This document shows positions 1 through 9,371 of a DNA stretch of 41,828 bases, piece by piece. Numbering within the stretch: position 1 is the stretch's first letter; every line of letters begins with the position of its first letter. Position numbers and translations under genes: made by a program. The DNA is from a virus (lineage: Duplodnaviria > Caudoviricetes): IMG/VR virus record IMGVR_UViG_3300020045_004305, positions 1-41,828 of that record, one strand, 5' to 3'. The notes below the pieces were generated by a model that worked only from the letters and a program-made list of their open reading frames with translations, did no database searches and was not told the origin of the DNA.

Positions 1-121
1 TTCACCTCAGAAGGTACTAACCCGACTTCCGTCACATGGGGTGCTACCGCTTACTCATCTGGTCCGGCTCAGTATGGAATTTTGGTTCAAGTTTCCGATC
101 TTTTGGTTCACAGCAGCGCTA
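1..121 (+). repeat. Exact 121-bp copy of 1460-1580 (inside the capsid gene); probable assembly artefact at the contig end
   Basis: Base-by-base identity of 1-121 with 1460-1580; sequences diverge at 122/1581. Confidence 0.9.
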
Positions 122-187
122 GCGGATATTTATAAGCTGGAGCTGGTAAATGTCAGGAAAAAAATGAATGTCAAATCCAGCATTTGA
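122..187 (+). CDS. 3' end of a truncated gene (ADIYKLELVNVRKKMNVKSSI*)
   Basis: Open frame from the repeat junction to TGA 185-187, overlapping the next ATG. Confidence 0.4.
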   Translation, partial: ADIYKLELVNVRKKMNVKSSI

Positions 188-500
188 ACGACAAACCGCA
201 CAGCCCGGTGTTGTAACAACCATGTACCCCCGCGTCACAGGGGGAGTATGTGAATTTCACGGGGTGTTGAATCAAAACTTGCCATCAGTAGAGCAATATA
301 AACTTTGCCCCAATGACGGCAAGCATCCGCACTATGATTTTATCCGGTGCTCATATTGTCCCGAAACTAAAGACCCAGAGGAAGTCATTTACAAGTCAAC
401 AATGACTATTATGAGGAATCCGAATAATTGGGATAAATTGATTGCGGTTTGCGATAACTATACCTGTTTACAAGCTCACGAAGAGCGTTTTAAAGCTTAA
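168..500 (+). CDS. Cys/His-rich putative Zn-binding protein
   Basis: CEFH, CSYC and CDNYTC..H motifs; lies in the head module. Confidence 0.65.
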   Translation: MSNPAFERQTAQPGVVTTMYPRVTGGVCEFHGVLNQNLPSVEQYKLCPNDGKHPHYDFIRCSYCPETKDPEEVIYKSTMTIMRNPNNWDKLIAVCDNYTCLQAHEERFKA

Positions 501-609
501 TCTCGCCAATAGGTTAGTCCCCTCATTGGTTTGATGTATGGGCTGCAAGACCTGCAGTCTTTAACAACTAATCTCGCTTGGAGTTCGCCGCCCAAGTTGA
601 TGTATAGGC
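498..609 (+). ncRNA. Tandem structured leader motif (TAATCTCGC-hairpin-TTGATGTATRGGC, two copies)
   Basis: Two copies with conserved flanks and different but base-paired stems (CCAAT/ATTGG; CTTGG/CCAAG). Confidence 0.55.
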
Positions 610-616
610 AGAATTT

Positions 617-1107
617 ATGGACGAAACTAATAATGACGCTGAACTATTGGACCTTGAGGCTGATGAAGCCGACAAAAGCCAACAATGGATCAGCGCATAA
701 ATAAAGCTCTTTCAGAACGAGATGCCGCTAAAGAACTGGCAGCCAAAGAATCTAAGGCCCGTGAAAAGGCCGAAAAAGAGGCTGCCGCAGCCACGAAAGA
801 TTTAGAATTTTTCAAAGGCTTCAATGTTGCATCCTCAAAATACCCCGGAGCCAGTGATTACCAAGAACAAATTAGGGAAAAAACAGCTTTGGGTTTAGAT
901 ATTGAAGAGGCAACAATGCTTGTAATGGCTAAGGAAGGGAAATACACCCCTCCTCCAGCACCGCCAATGCCAAAAGATTCACCGGCAGGCGGTTCAGCTC
1001 CGATTAATTTAAAATCCGGAGATAAGCCAGTATCAGATATGTCCCAAGACGAGAAAAGGGCGCAACTGGTAGAAGCAGAAAAACGCGGCGATATAGCTCT
1101 GAATTAG
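617..1107 (+). CDS. Capsid scaffolding protein; likely true start 617 with a frameshift near 683 (ORF track start 685)
   Basis: Directly upstream of the capsid gene; coiled coil, Pro-rich linker, C-terminal SDMSQDEKRA helix; acidic N-terminus MDETNNDAELLDLEADEAD lies in another frame. Confidence 0.75.
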
Positions 1108-1120
1108 CAGAAAGCAATAA

Positions 1121-2209
1121 ATGGCAGTAACAATTAGAAATAGCACGTGGGGTGGCTCGTCAAACAACACCTCCGAGCTGTTGACCGCTTATATCAATGA
1201 GCGAATCAAGGTTTTAGAGCCTCAGCTCCAATACGCACGTTTGGGAGTTAAGCGCGATGCCCCTAAAGGGTACGACCGCATCCTGTTCCCACAAACAAAC
1301 CAGCTCCCGGTAAAGATTAACACCTCCATGACTACCACAGGTGGTCCGGCAGGTGCAGCCGGTGTCGGTTCTGTCTGGGGTGCAGGTGCCTCAATTCAAG
1401 GTGGTGCCGCCGCTACCGCTCCTGGCTTTCCAGTCAGCAGCACAGAAGGTGTGGCCGCATTCACCTCAGAAGGTACTAACCCGACTTCCGTCACATGGGG
1501 TGCTACCGCTTACTCATCTGGTCCGGCTCAGTATGGAATTTTGGTTCAAGTTTCCGATCTTTTGGTTCACAGCAGCGCTATCGAAGTTATTGACGCGGCC
1601 TCAGAAGCAGTCCGCGATTCTTTGGCTCGCTTAGTTGATTTGGTTATTCAAGGTGTAGTCAACTCAGGCACAAACGGCGTTATCTACGCCGGTGGCAAAA
1701 CAAGCCGCGCGACTTTGGCCGCGGGCGATCTTTTGACTCAATCTGATATGCAGCGCGCTTATAAGTACCTGGCCAGCTCAAACGCTGCCGGTCTTAAGCC
1801 GTTTGAAGGCCGCTACTATGTAGCTGTCGTTCATCCGCAGGTTGAGGGCGATTTGATGTCAAATACCGCAACTGGCGCATTTAGCGATGTTGGACGATAT
1901 ACATCCGTTGATGACCTTAGAGCTGGCGCTTTGGGCGATTTCCGAGGCATTAGATACCTCAGAACCGCTTTTCAGAGCTACTTTAACTCTACCGTTGCTG
2001 TCTTTCCAACAACTGTGTTGGGCGACAAGTCGTTCGGTTGGGGTTACTTCCAGCAACCAACTCCTATTCTAACTACAACTCCTGACTCAAATAACCCGCT
2101 TAACTTGTTCTCCTCCATTGGCGGCAAAGTTACTCTGGGTGTCACGAGGTTTGAAGATACGGTAGGAAATGTGAGAATCATCCGTTTGGAATCAGCTATT
2201 AGCAACTAG
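1121..2209 (+). CDS. Major capsid protein, N4-gp56-like (HK97 fold)
   Basis: 362 aa; EGTNP, QYG..V.VSD, YVAVVHP and G.LG.F.GIRY motifs; follows the scaffold gene. Confidence 0.9.
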   Translation: MAVTIRNSTWGGSSNNTSELLTAYINERIKVLEPQLQYARLGVKRDAPKGYDRILFPQTNQLPVKINTSMTTTGGPAGAAGVGSVWGAGASIQGGAAATAPGFPVSSTEGVAAFTSEGTNPTSVTWGATAYSSGPAQYGILVQVSDLLVHSSAIEVIDAASEAVRDSLARLVDLVIQGVVNSGTNGVIYAGGKTSRATLAAGDLLTQSDMQRAYKYLASSNAAGLKPFEGRYYVAVVHPQVEGDLMSNTATGAFSDVGRYTSVDDLRAGALGDFRGIRYLRTAFQSYFNSTVAVFPTTVLGDKSFGWGYFQQPTPILTTTPDSNNPLNLFSSIGGKVTLGVTRFEDTVGNVRIIRLESAISN

Positions 2210-2221
2210 CTTAGTTTGCTT

Positions 2222-2256
2222 CCTTAACCCTTGTCCTTAAAAAGACGAGGGCTAGG
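2222..2256 (+). terminator. Hairpin after the capsid gene (terminator or mRNA stabiliser)
   Basis: CCTTGTC-loop-GACGAGG stem with extension; no clear U-tract. Confidence 0.45.
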
Positions 2257-2270
2257 ATAATCAAATTACT

Positions 2271-2975
2271 ATGATAGTAAGCTCAGTACTTGCATTTGCC
2301 AGAAGCGCGGCTCAAACGGATTCCAACGGCCTCCGCGATGAAGACGGATTGGTTTTTGCCAATGAGGCAAATCAGGATTTTCACCGGAGATTAATTGAAA
2401 AAGGGATAGACGCCTCGCAAGTTCAGGAAGCGTCGATTTTAGGCGTTGTCAATCAGGGGGTGTATAACTATCCAACCAGACCGGCCTCGATTTTGGCTTT
2501 AAAGACTATTGAAGTCAATTACCAGTCAAACAATACGCAAGGATATGTTGTTGCGGAGCAGGTTGACGTTTCTAACCTCCCGAACAAGACGTCTTTTGGC
2601 TGGCTCAGAACTAATGCCGACCCTGCCGCACCTAAATTTGATGATCGGGGGAATAAGTTTGAGATTTTCCCGACCCCAACCGCAGCGCACAACTTAACTG
2701 CGCTGATGAATATTTTTTACTACGCCAAACCGTCGGTTTTTACGGCGGTTTCAAATACCGTCCAATACCCGGAGGAGATTGATGCCGCGATTTTAGGATA
2801 TCGAGTGGCGGCCAACTATCTATTCTCATTAAATGGCGCGGATAATATGGCGGCAGCCGAGAGAATGAACATGAAATACGATGAGCGGGTTAAGCAGTAT
2901 GTCAGCACTTTTGGGCGGGGTTCGCAGCAGCCGATACAACCGACTATCATTCAAGACGCGGGGTGGCAATACTAA
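2271..2975 (+). CDS. Head-tail adaptor (podoviral gatekeeper / tail tubular A-like)
   Basis: Position after the capsid gene; IFPTP motif; C-terminal helical 'AAILGYRVAANYL..KYDE' typical of adaptors. Confidence 0.7.
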   Translation: MIVSSVLAFARSAAQTDSNGLRDEDGLVFANEANQDFHRRLIEKGIDASQVQEASILGVVNQGVYNYPTRPASILALKTIEVNYQSNNTQGYVVAEQVDVSNLPNKTSFGWLRTNADPAAPKFDDRGNKFEIFPTPTAAHNLTALMNIFYYAKPSVFTAVSNTVQYPEEIDAAILGYRVAANYLFSLNGADNMAAAERMNMKYDERVKQYVSTFGRGSQQPIQPTIIQDAGWQY

Positions 2976-4588
2976 TGGCTACTTTAGTAGTAGACAATTT
3001 CCGAGGGCCGCTAACCCGCGTTGAAAGCGGGGATATTAACTCTGGCTTTGCCAAGTACGACACTTCGTTTGGATACAATCCGTTTACAAAGCCAGGTGAT
3101 TTGACGTGGTTTGAACAGCCAACCTCTATCATCAGTGACATTGTCGGCGGGGCAATGGCGGCGGCGCGTGTCAGGAGCGAAACGGGTACGACCTACGTTT
3201 ATACCGTCACCAACGACATGAAATTGCGGAAAATACAGGTAAACAGCTTAGGCAGTCCAAACCCTAATTTAGATTCTCCATCAATTTTAAGCACATTATC
3301 ACAGCAGCCGACCTCATCTACGCTAGCAATGAATTATGGCGGCTCAATGCAATTTTACGGTACTACCGAGAAGATTTTTGTCGGTACAGACTTTGGGGTT
3401 ACTAAAGTCAACTTTACCGGCGCGGGTGAGGCAAGTATTGCAACCACTCAATCCTCGGTGATGTTCAATGTCCCCCGCCCCTCGGCACAGTTTTTGGGCA
3501 AGATGTATTTTGGGAACGGGAACAATCTTATAGAGATAGACTCGACTGAAACCGTCACCAGCTACGCCAAACTAGACCCAAGTTTTCCCGCCGGTACTTA
3601 TGTCCGCGATTTGGACGTCACACAGGACGGGAACTATCTGCAAATCACAGTCAGCCGGAATAACAGCCCGCCGCTTTTTACCACCAACGTAACGACCAAC
3701 AATTCCTCCCAATCAGACTCGTTTAAATTCTTTTGGAACGGCACGGATGAGGGGTACACCGCTAGCGAGAACTTCCCAGGATACTCTTTAACCGCCAACG
3801 CAATCTTCGGCCCTAACAACTACACTTTGGGCAGTGATTTAGGCGGCTGCGCCATTTACCAGAGCAATCAAAAAATCGTAACGCTTGATAAGGCCAGTAC
3901 CCCTAACTTTCACGCAACCTACTCAAACAGCAACTTATTAGGGTTCGTCACACCTGAATATGTAAGCTCGGTAGCGCACCTGCAGGCCAGCGGCATGGTT
4001 TACGGGCAATATGATGTTGAGATGCCAAACGGGTTATTTAGACTATTCAGGCAACCGCCGCGCGCAACCGGCACTAGCGAGGATACGTTTTCAGTACCGG
4101 TGGTAGTCCCTGTAACCAACCTCCTGTATACCTATGAGGAAGCTAATTACCCCGGCAACATCGCCAACGTGGGCAAGATATATTTTTCGGTATCTGATTT
4201 TGGCGACAGTTCAACCGCCTATACGACCTATAGATTCTTAACAACGCCGTTTGGCACGGGTACGCCGATTAACGGTGTATATGAAACTCAAACCCAGATA
4301 TTTTCAAAAAAGGTAAAGCCCTCGCAAGTCCGGGTTTATGCCGAACCGTGGGTAGCTAATAACGCGTTTAAGATTGATTTGGTAGGGTCAAACAACAGCT
4401 CGATCATAGGGGCGTCTAAATTGTTTGAGGTAGGGAATAGCTCAACAATAGCGGCAGGCAATGATTACGCCTGGTACACGCCCGCGCCAGCGCCAACTTA
4501 CGCCATCGGCATCAGGATTACCAACTTAGGGACTTCTAATTTTACGATTAAGAAAGTGGAGGTTGACTATGACGGCGCTGGAAAATGA
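2975..4588 (+). CDS. Tail nozzle / stabilisation protein (P22 gp10 / tubular B-like)
   Basis: About 537 aa, beta-rich; TAATG coupling to the adaptor gene; gene order. Confidence 0.65.
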   Translation: MATLVVDNFRGPLTRVESGDINSGFAKYDTSFGYNPFTKPGDLTWFEQPTSIISDIVGGAMAAARVRSETGTTYVYTVTNDMKLRKIQVNSLGSPNPNLDSPSILSTLSQQPTSSTLAMNYGGSMQFYGTTEKIFVGTDFGVTKVNFTGAGEASIATTQSSVMFNVPRPSAQFLGKMYFGNGNNLIEIDSTETVTSYAKLDPSFPAGTYVRDLDVTQDGNYLQITVSRNNSPPLFTTNVTTNNSSQSDSFKFFWNGTDEGYTASENFPGYSLTANAIFGPNNYTLGSDLGGCAIYQSNQKIVTLDKASTPNFHATYSNSNLLGFVTPEYVSSVAHLQASGMVYGQYDVEMPNGLFRLFRQPPRATGTSEDTFSVPVVVPVTNLLYTYEEANYPGNIANVGKIYFSVSDFGDSSTAYTTYRFLTTPFGTGTPINGVYETQTQIFSKKVKPSQVRVYAEPWVANNAFKIDLVGSNNSSIIGASKLFEVGNSSTIAAGNDYAWYTPAPAPTYAIGIRITNLGTSNFTIKKVEVDYDGAGK

Positions 4589-5198
4589 GGATGAGATTAA
4601 AAAGCTGATAGAGGATGAAGTCCAAGATATTCTAAAGAATCGGGGCTTTATGTGGCGCAAAGTTACCGACACACCCACCGATGATTTGCAGGTGGTCAAC
4701 AAGAAGTACGTTGACGAGAGCCAGGTATGGTCTTTAGTGGGCGAGGAAACTTTAGCTGGAAGTGCTACTAGCATGACCGCAACCGTAACGCCTAAAACAT
4801 ACCTTAAAATGCTGGTGTTCGTTACGGGGATGTCCGGTATAGCGGCTATAAGTGGCAGATTCAACGGCGATACAGGCTCAAATTACAACACTTATTCAAC
4901 AGAAGATGGCAGCGCAATTTCAAGGGATGCCGGGATTACGTCATTCAGGACAGACAACTCTAGCACAGCCTTAGACAGATTCATTTCATTCGACATTTAT
5001 AACCCAGAAACCACGACTAAGAGATTTGACGGCATAGCGGATTCGATAACAGACGCGTCAACTGCAACCGGACACATTTTAACCATCAGCGGCTTGTGGG
5101 GAAATGTCACCGAACAGATAACCTCGATAACCATATTAGCATCGGGTGGTGAAACTTTGGGCGCAGGTTCAAAGATATTAATTTTTGGCTCAAACTAA
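4569..5198 (+). CDS. Putative tail/virion protein
   Basis: PTDDLQVVNKKYVD linker typical of tail fibres; C-terminal 'ITSITIL..G..I.IFG' beta-sandwich. Confidence 0.6.
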   Translation: MTALENEDEIKKLIEDEVQDILKNRGFMWRKVTDTPTDDLQVVNKKYVDESQVWSLVGEETLAGSATSMTATVTPKTYLKMLVFVTGMSGIAAISGRFNGDTGSNYNTYSTEDGSAISRDAGITSFRTDNSSTALDRFISFDIYNPETTTKRFDGIADSITDASTATGHILTISGLWGNVTEQITSITILASGGETLGAGSKILIFGSN

Positions 5199-7226
5199 AT
5201 GGCATACACATCTTACGGAAAAACTAAGGACTCCCCGACAGTCTACGGCACGACAGATACGGGCCAGAATGTCGCTTTTGAAAACGAGCAGCAATTTTTA
5301 AGCAGCGGCGGGGATTGGAATAAGGTTGGGACTTTAGGCGCAGCTCCTACGGGCGCGATTAATTTCAGCCAGTACAGTCAGGTAAACACCTCACAGCCCA
5401 GCCCGCAGACAACGCAAGCCTCAACTCAACCAGGCGCGCCTACTTTTTACAAGCCTGAAACTCCAGTACAGGGATTTTCCCCGGAAACCGTTTTCAACTC
5501 TAAAGGCGAGGGGTTAGATATGGCCGCTTACTTGGCACAGGGCGGAGCTAAGGATTTTTCAAACGTGCAGAAGGTCACTAATTTGCAGCAGGGCTTAACT
5601 GCGGCTAAAGCTGCTGGCGTGAAGCCACCGCAAGACGCCGCCGCAGCTAAGGCGATGGTTGATAAATACACTCCTAAATCAGCGTTTTCAAATCAACCGG
5701 TTGACCTTCAATTAGCCGAAGACCCCGGATACCAGCAGCTTCTTGAAAACCAAAAGATGTTCAATGACGTGGTCACCCAACGACAATCCCTGGCTCAGGA
5801 GTATCAGAGCATGGTAAAGCAGGCCGGGATTGAGCAGATAAACATGGACCTTTTAAACGCCAAGAATGTCTTGGAGGGTACTGAACAGGATTTGCGGACC
5901 GAGGTCACTAAGGCTGGTGGGTTTGCTAGTGAGAGCCAAATCCAGTCGATGAAAGTTGCCCGCAACAAAACTTTGGTAAAGAATTACCAGAATCTTTTGG
6001 ACACCAAACAGATGGCGATGGAAACCATCAACACCATGATAGGTCTTTCAGCACAGGACAGGGATTACGCTTTGCAAGCAATTAATCAGAAGATGAATTT
6101 AGACGCACAGATTATTCAGTATCGGGACAATATGCAGCAAAAAGCTACTGACCAATACCGGTTTATGGTTGAGCAGATTGGCTTTGACGGATTACTGGCC
6201 CAAACAGGCGGCGACCCTTATTATGTTTCGCTGGTTGAGAAAACTTTGGGCTTGGGCGAGGGCGGTTTACAAGCGGTGGTTACTCAACAACAGGAACAGA
6301 AGAGATTAGAAAATTACGCCAACTACAATATATTCAGCCGATTCGTAAATGCCGGTGGGCAAATTGAGGACACCCAGACCGGATACGCCTTTACCGACCC
6401 AGATGACTTTATGCAACGTACCGGCATGAGCTTGCAAGAGGCAGAACAGGGTGGCATGGTTACGCCATTAGGACTTACCAAAGACGAAGAGGAACGACAG
6501 TGGGACAGGTCTATGGACTTAGAACAACTGAATTTGAGCCAACAGCAGTTAGATGTTAGTCGCGGTAATTTAGCTGTATCTCGTTATAACGCTTCCAAAG
6601 CAGATAAACGCGATACTCAAGTTGTTGAGGATAAGGCCGGAAATAAAGTATTGATTGATTCGCAAACCGGGGAGGTTATCAGTAACATTGGCGGTTCAGG
6701 TTCACAGGCTGGCCCGTTGCAGATAGCGCAGGTAAAATCCAATATTGATCAGATTCAGAATGTACTCAGCGACTCGACACTTAACAGCGCGGTAGGTGCA
6801 ACAAGATTAAACAGATTCACAGTAAGAGGTCAGGCTTCTAAAAATAACTTCTTGGCTAACGTTCAGCAGATTACCAGTCAACTTACAATGGACAGCTTGA
6901 TAAACGCCAAAGCGCAAGGTGCTACGTTTGGCGCATTATCCGAGGGTGAATTGAAACTGCTTGAGGCCGCAGCCTCCAAATTAAACACTTGGGCCATTAA
7001 AGACAAGAGTGGTAATGTCACAGGATACTCGGTTGACCCTGCTACCTTTAAACGCGAGCTGGATCGGATTAATAACTTTGCCCAGCTTGATTACGTCTTA
7101 AAGGGCGGCAACCCTGCGGATGTCGGTATTCAGATGATGCCAGATGGTTCGTTTGTATACAGGAATAGCGATGGTAGTTATAAAGAGTTTGAAGAATTAG
7201 CACCATTAGGATTAATGTACCCATGA
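5199..7226 (+). CDS. Putative internal virion / DNA ejection protein
   Basis: 675 aa, Gln/Ala-rich and helical; C-terminal GATFGALSEGEL motif seen in podoviral ejection proteins; position. Confidence 0.6.
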   Translation: MAYTSYGKTKDSPTVYGTTDTGQNVAFENEQQFLSSGGDWNKVGTLGAAPTGAINFSQYSQVNTSQPSPQTTQASTQPGAPTFYKPETPVQGFSPETVFNSKGEGLDMAAYLAQGGAKDFSNVQKVTNLQQGLTAAKAAGVKPPQDAAAAKAMVDKYTPKSAFSNQPVDLQLAEDPGYQQLLENQKMFNDVVTQRQSLAQEYQSMVKQAGIEQINMDLLNAKNVLEGTEQDLRTEVTKAGGFASESQIQSMKVARNKTLVKNYQNLLDTKQMAMETINTMIGLSAQDRDYALQAINQKMNLDAQIIQYRDNMQQKATDQYRFMVEQIGFDGLLAQTGGDPYYVSLVEKTLGLGEGGLQAVVTQQQEQKRLENYANYNIFSRFVNAGGQIEDTQTGYAFTDPDDFMQRTGMSLQEAEQGGMVTPLGLTKDEEERQWDRSMDLEQLNLSQQQLDVSRGNLAVSRYNASKADKRDTQVVEDKAGNKVLIDSQTGEVISNIGGSGSQAGPLQIAQVKSNIDQIQNVLSDSTLNSAVGATRLNRFTVRGQASKNNFLANVQQITSQLTMDSLINAKAQGATFGALSEGELKLLEAAASKLNTWAIKDKSGNVTGYSVDPATFKRELDRINNFAQLDYVLKGGNPADVGIQMMPDGSFVYRNSDGSYKEFEELAPLGLMYP

Positions 7227-8893
7227 GAACAATATCACCCGAAGAATTTAAAAAGCGTTATGGCACGGCAGGTGTCCAGCAATTTGAGCAGGTAAAAAAG
7301 CCTGGGTTTATTGAGCGTACAAAACAAAACTTTAGTGCGGGGATAAACAAGATTAAAGAAGCGGAGGCAGACAAAAAGCAAAACCCTATTTCTAAAGGCA
7401 TGAAGTTTGGAATGGGTGCAATCGAGGCTGGTTTATCGCCAATTACTGCCGCATTAGAGCCTGTGGTTAAACCTACCATTGGTCGCGCTATTGATACTGC
7501 CTCTGAGTTTATCAGCAACGATCCAAGAGTTCAGAAATTCTCAACAACTAAGGCTGGTGAGTTTACTAGCAGACGGGCTGAGGATGTTGCTAATTTAAGT
7601 GGTATTGCTGGAACATTAAGCGGCTCTAAAGTATTGACTGGGCAGGTTGCAAAAATTCCAACGGCAGTCAACAATGTTGCCACTAGCGCAAGAAATACTA
7701 TTACAGACGCTACTAATACCGTTAATAGAGGAATACAGAATATCAAACCCGCCTTAACCGCCACAAAGAATACAGTCGGGATGGTTGTTGATGAGGCTAA
7801 AAGATTGCCTAATCGAATTGCCACTAACGTCGCGGAAAAACAAGCGGTCAGAGATACAATTAATCAATTACCATCAAGGGTTGCAAAAGAAGCCGCACAA
7901 GATGGTGTTGATGTTGCAGATGTTAAAAAACTATACACACTTGATAAAAGCCAAAGTAAACCATTAAGGCAACTAGCACAAGTAACTAAAGATTTTGCTG
8001 AGGGAAAAACACAGACTAACCCCATTGAGGTCGTGGGGCGGCCCATTGTTTCTCGTTTGCAGGAATTAGAAAAGGTTAGAACACAAGTTGGTGCTAAATT
8101 AGGTGAAGTTGCAGAAGATCTAGGTGTTGTCACTAGAGAAGAGTTGACCCCTGTTGTTTTTAAACAACTAAAAGAAGTCCCTGGATTAGAGGGATTAACA
8201 ATTAGTAATGATGGATTTTTAAACTTTAAAAATACTGTTCTTGCGACACTTGAAACAAAGGCTGATAGAAGTGCTATTCAAAGCATTTTTAATAGTGCAA
8301 CAAAATGGGGGCAAGGTAAGAATAAACACTTGTTAAGACAAGAACTATTTGAATCATTAGGTGGAAAAAAACGAGCTAAATTAAATTTAACGGCGACACA
8401 AGAAAAGGCTTATGAGGCTATTAGGCGCGGGCTATCTGATGTTTTAGAATCTAAAAATACAGGGTATAAAAATCTTAGCAACCAATATCGTAAAGTGATA
8501 GGACCTTTAAAGGAAATGAGAAAGTTGTTAAAAGTGGCTGGTGAGGAAACAGATGTAATGGAAATGTCTGCTGGGTTATTGGCGCGGAGATTAACCAGTT
8601 TAGCTCAATCAAATCCACAGATTAAGGCGGTTTTAAACGCTATGGACAACGCAACTAAAGTATCAGGCAAAACCAGATTAAGCATTGAAACCTTACAAGA
8701 CTTTTATAATATTCTCGAGAAGTATTACGATGTCGCACCTAAAACTGGATTTCAGGCCCAGGTAAAACAGGGTATAGAAAAAGCCTCCGGTGTGGGAAGC
8801 TATGCGTTGGAAAAGGTTAAAGAATTTGCGGGCCAAACTTCTGCCGTACGCCAAAAGGCGTTAGAGAAGATACTAAAGGAAATACTAAATTAA
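7223..8893 (+). CDS. Putative internal virion / DNA ejection protein
   Basis: 556 aa, basic and helical; ATGA coupling to the previous gene. Confidence 0.55.
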   Translation: MRTISPEEFKKRYGTAGVQQFEQVKKPGFIERTKQNFSAGINKIKEAEADKKQNPISKGMKFGMGAIEAGLSPITAALEPVVKPTIGRAIDTASEFISNDPRVQKFSTTKAGEFTSRRAEDVANLSGIAGTLSGSKVLTGQVAKIPTAVNNVATSARNTITDATNTVNRGIQNIKPALTATKNTVGMVVDEAKRLPNRIATNVAEKQAVRDTINQLPSRVAKEAAQDGVDVADVKKLYTLDKSQSKPLRQLAQVTKDFAEGKTQTNPIEVVGRPIVSRLQELEKVRTQVGAKLGEVAEDLGVVTREELTPVVFKQLKEVPGLEGLTISNDGFLNFKNTVLATLETKADRSAIQSIFNSATKWGQGKNKHLLRQELFESLGGKKRAKLNLTATQEKAYEAIRRGLSDVLESKNTGYKNLSNQYRKVIGPLKEMRKLLKVAGEETDVMEMSAGLLARRLTSLAQSNPQIKAVLNAMDNATKVSGKTRLSIETLQDFYNILEKYYDVAPKTGFQAQVKQGIEKASGVGSYALEKVKEFAGQTSAVRQKALEKILKEILN

Positions 8894-9003
8894 GTTTTGC
8901 TGTTAGCTCCGGCTAAAAATAGCATAAAAAGATACCCTATCCCTATTACAATCGCTAGGGGTGGTAATATGAATAAGAGAATAAGCCACAAGATAAACGC
9001 CAT
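8890..9003 (-). CDS. 37-aa hydrophobic membrane peptide (MAFILWLILLFILPPLAIVIGIGYLFMLFLAGANSKT); candidate superinfection-exclusion factor
   Basis: Fills the intergenic gap exactly; LPPLA motif reminiscent of YqaE/Pmp3; has an upstream minus-strand promoter. Confidence 0.65.
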   Translation of the reverse strand: MAFILWLILLFILPPLAIVIGIGYLFMLFLAGANSKT

Positions 9004-9024
9004 AAAAATAGTTAATTGATTACA

Positions 9025-9053
9025 ATACTACCATGGACCAACAAAATCCGCAA
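9025..9053 (-). promoter_or_regulatory. Putative sigma70 promoter for the minus-strand peptide
   Basis: On the minus strand TTGCGG-17 nt-TAGTAT with extended TG. Confidence 0.4.
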
Positions 9054-9371
9054 GAATTGACACCAGACGAAGCCGCTGCCTCCTTAGCTTTCATTACCAA
9101 GCTATCGGAGAATATGATGCCGAAAGCTGAGGAAACCGAGCCTGAAACAGCCCCACAGGGCCAAGAATCTGCCCCACAACAAGAGGAAGCCCCAGAAGTC
9201 GAGGAACAGCCCACAAAACCAAATCAGGAGCTTGAAACCCTAAGAACCGAGATGGACGCTAAAATGGAGATGCTTAACAAAACCATACAAGAAACGATTA
9301 AGCAGGAGATTGGCGGAATTAAAGAAAGCATACAAGATGTATTAACTGAGGACGATGGCGAACAAGTCTAA
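9033..9371 (+). CDS. Acidic hypothetical protein with C-terminal coiled coil
   Basis: ORF coupled to the tailspike gene. Confidence 0.7.
   Translation: MDQQNPQELTPDEAAASLAFITKLSENMMPKAEETEPETAPQGQESAPQQEEAPEVEEQPTKPNQELETLRTEMDAKMEMLNKTIQETIKQEIGGIKESIQDVLTEDDGEQV

Noticed and set aside
1-121. 121-bp duplicate of capsid sequence as a DGR template/variable repeat or terminal repeat
   Set aside because: 100% identical with no adenine-specific changes, no reverse transcriptase, located at the contig edge, and it truncates another gene; best explained as an assembly or chimeric artefact (check with read mapping)
7258-8133. Minus-strand ORFs within the ejection-protein gene and similar antisense ORFs across the structural module
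   Set aside because: Fully nested antisense to well-supported genes, with no start signals or motifs
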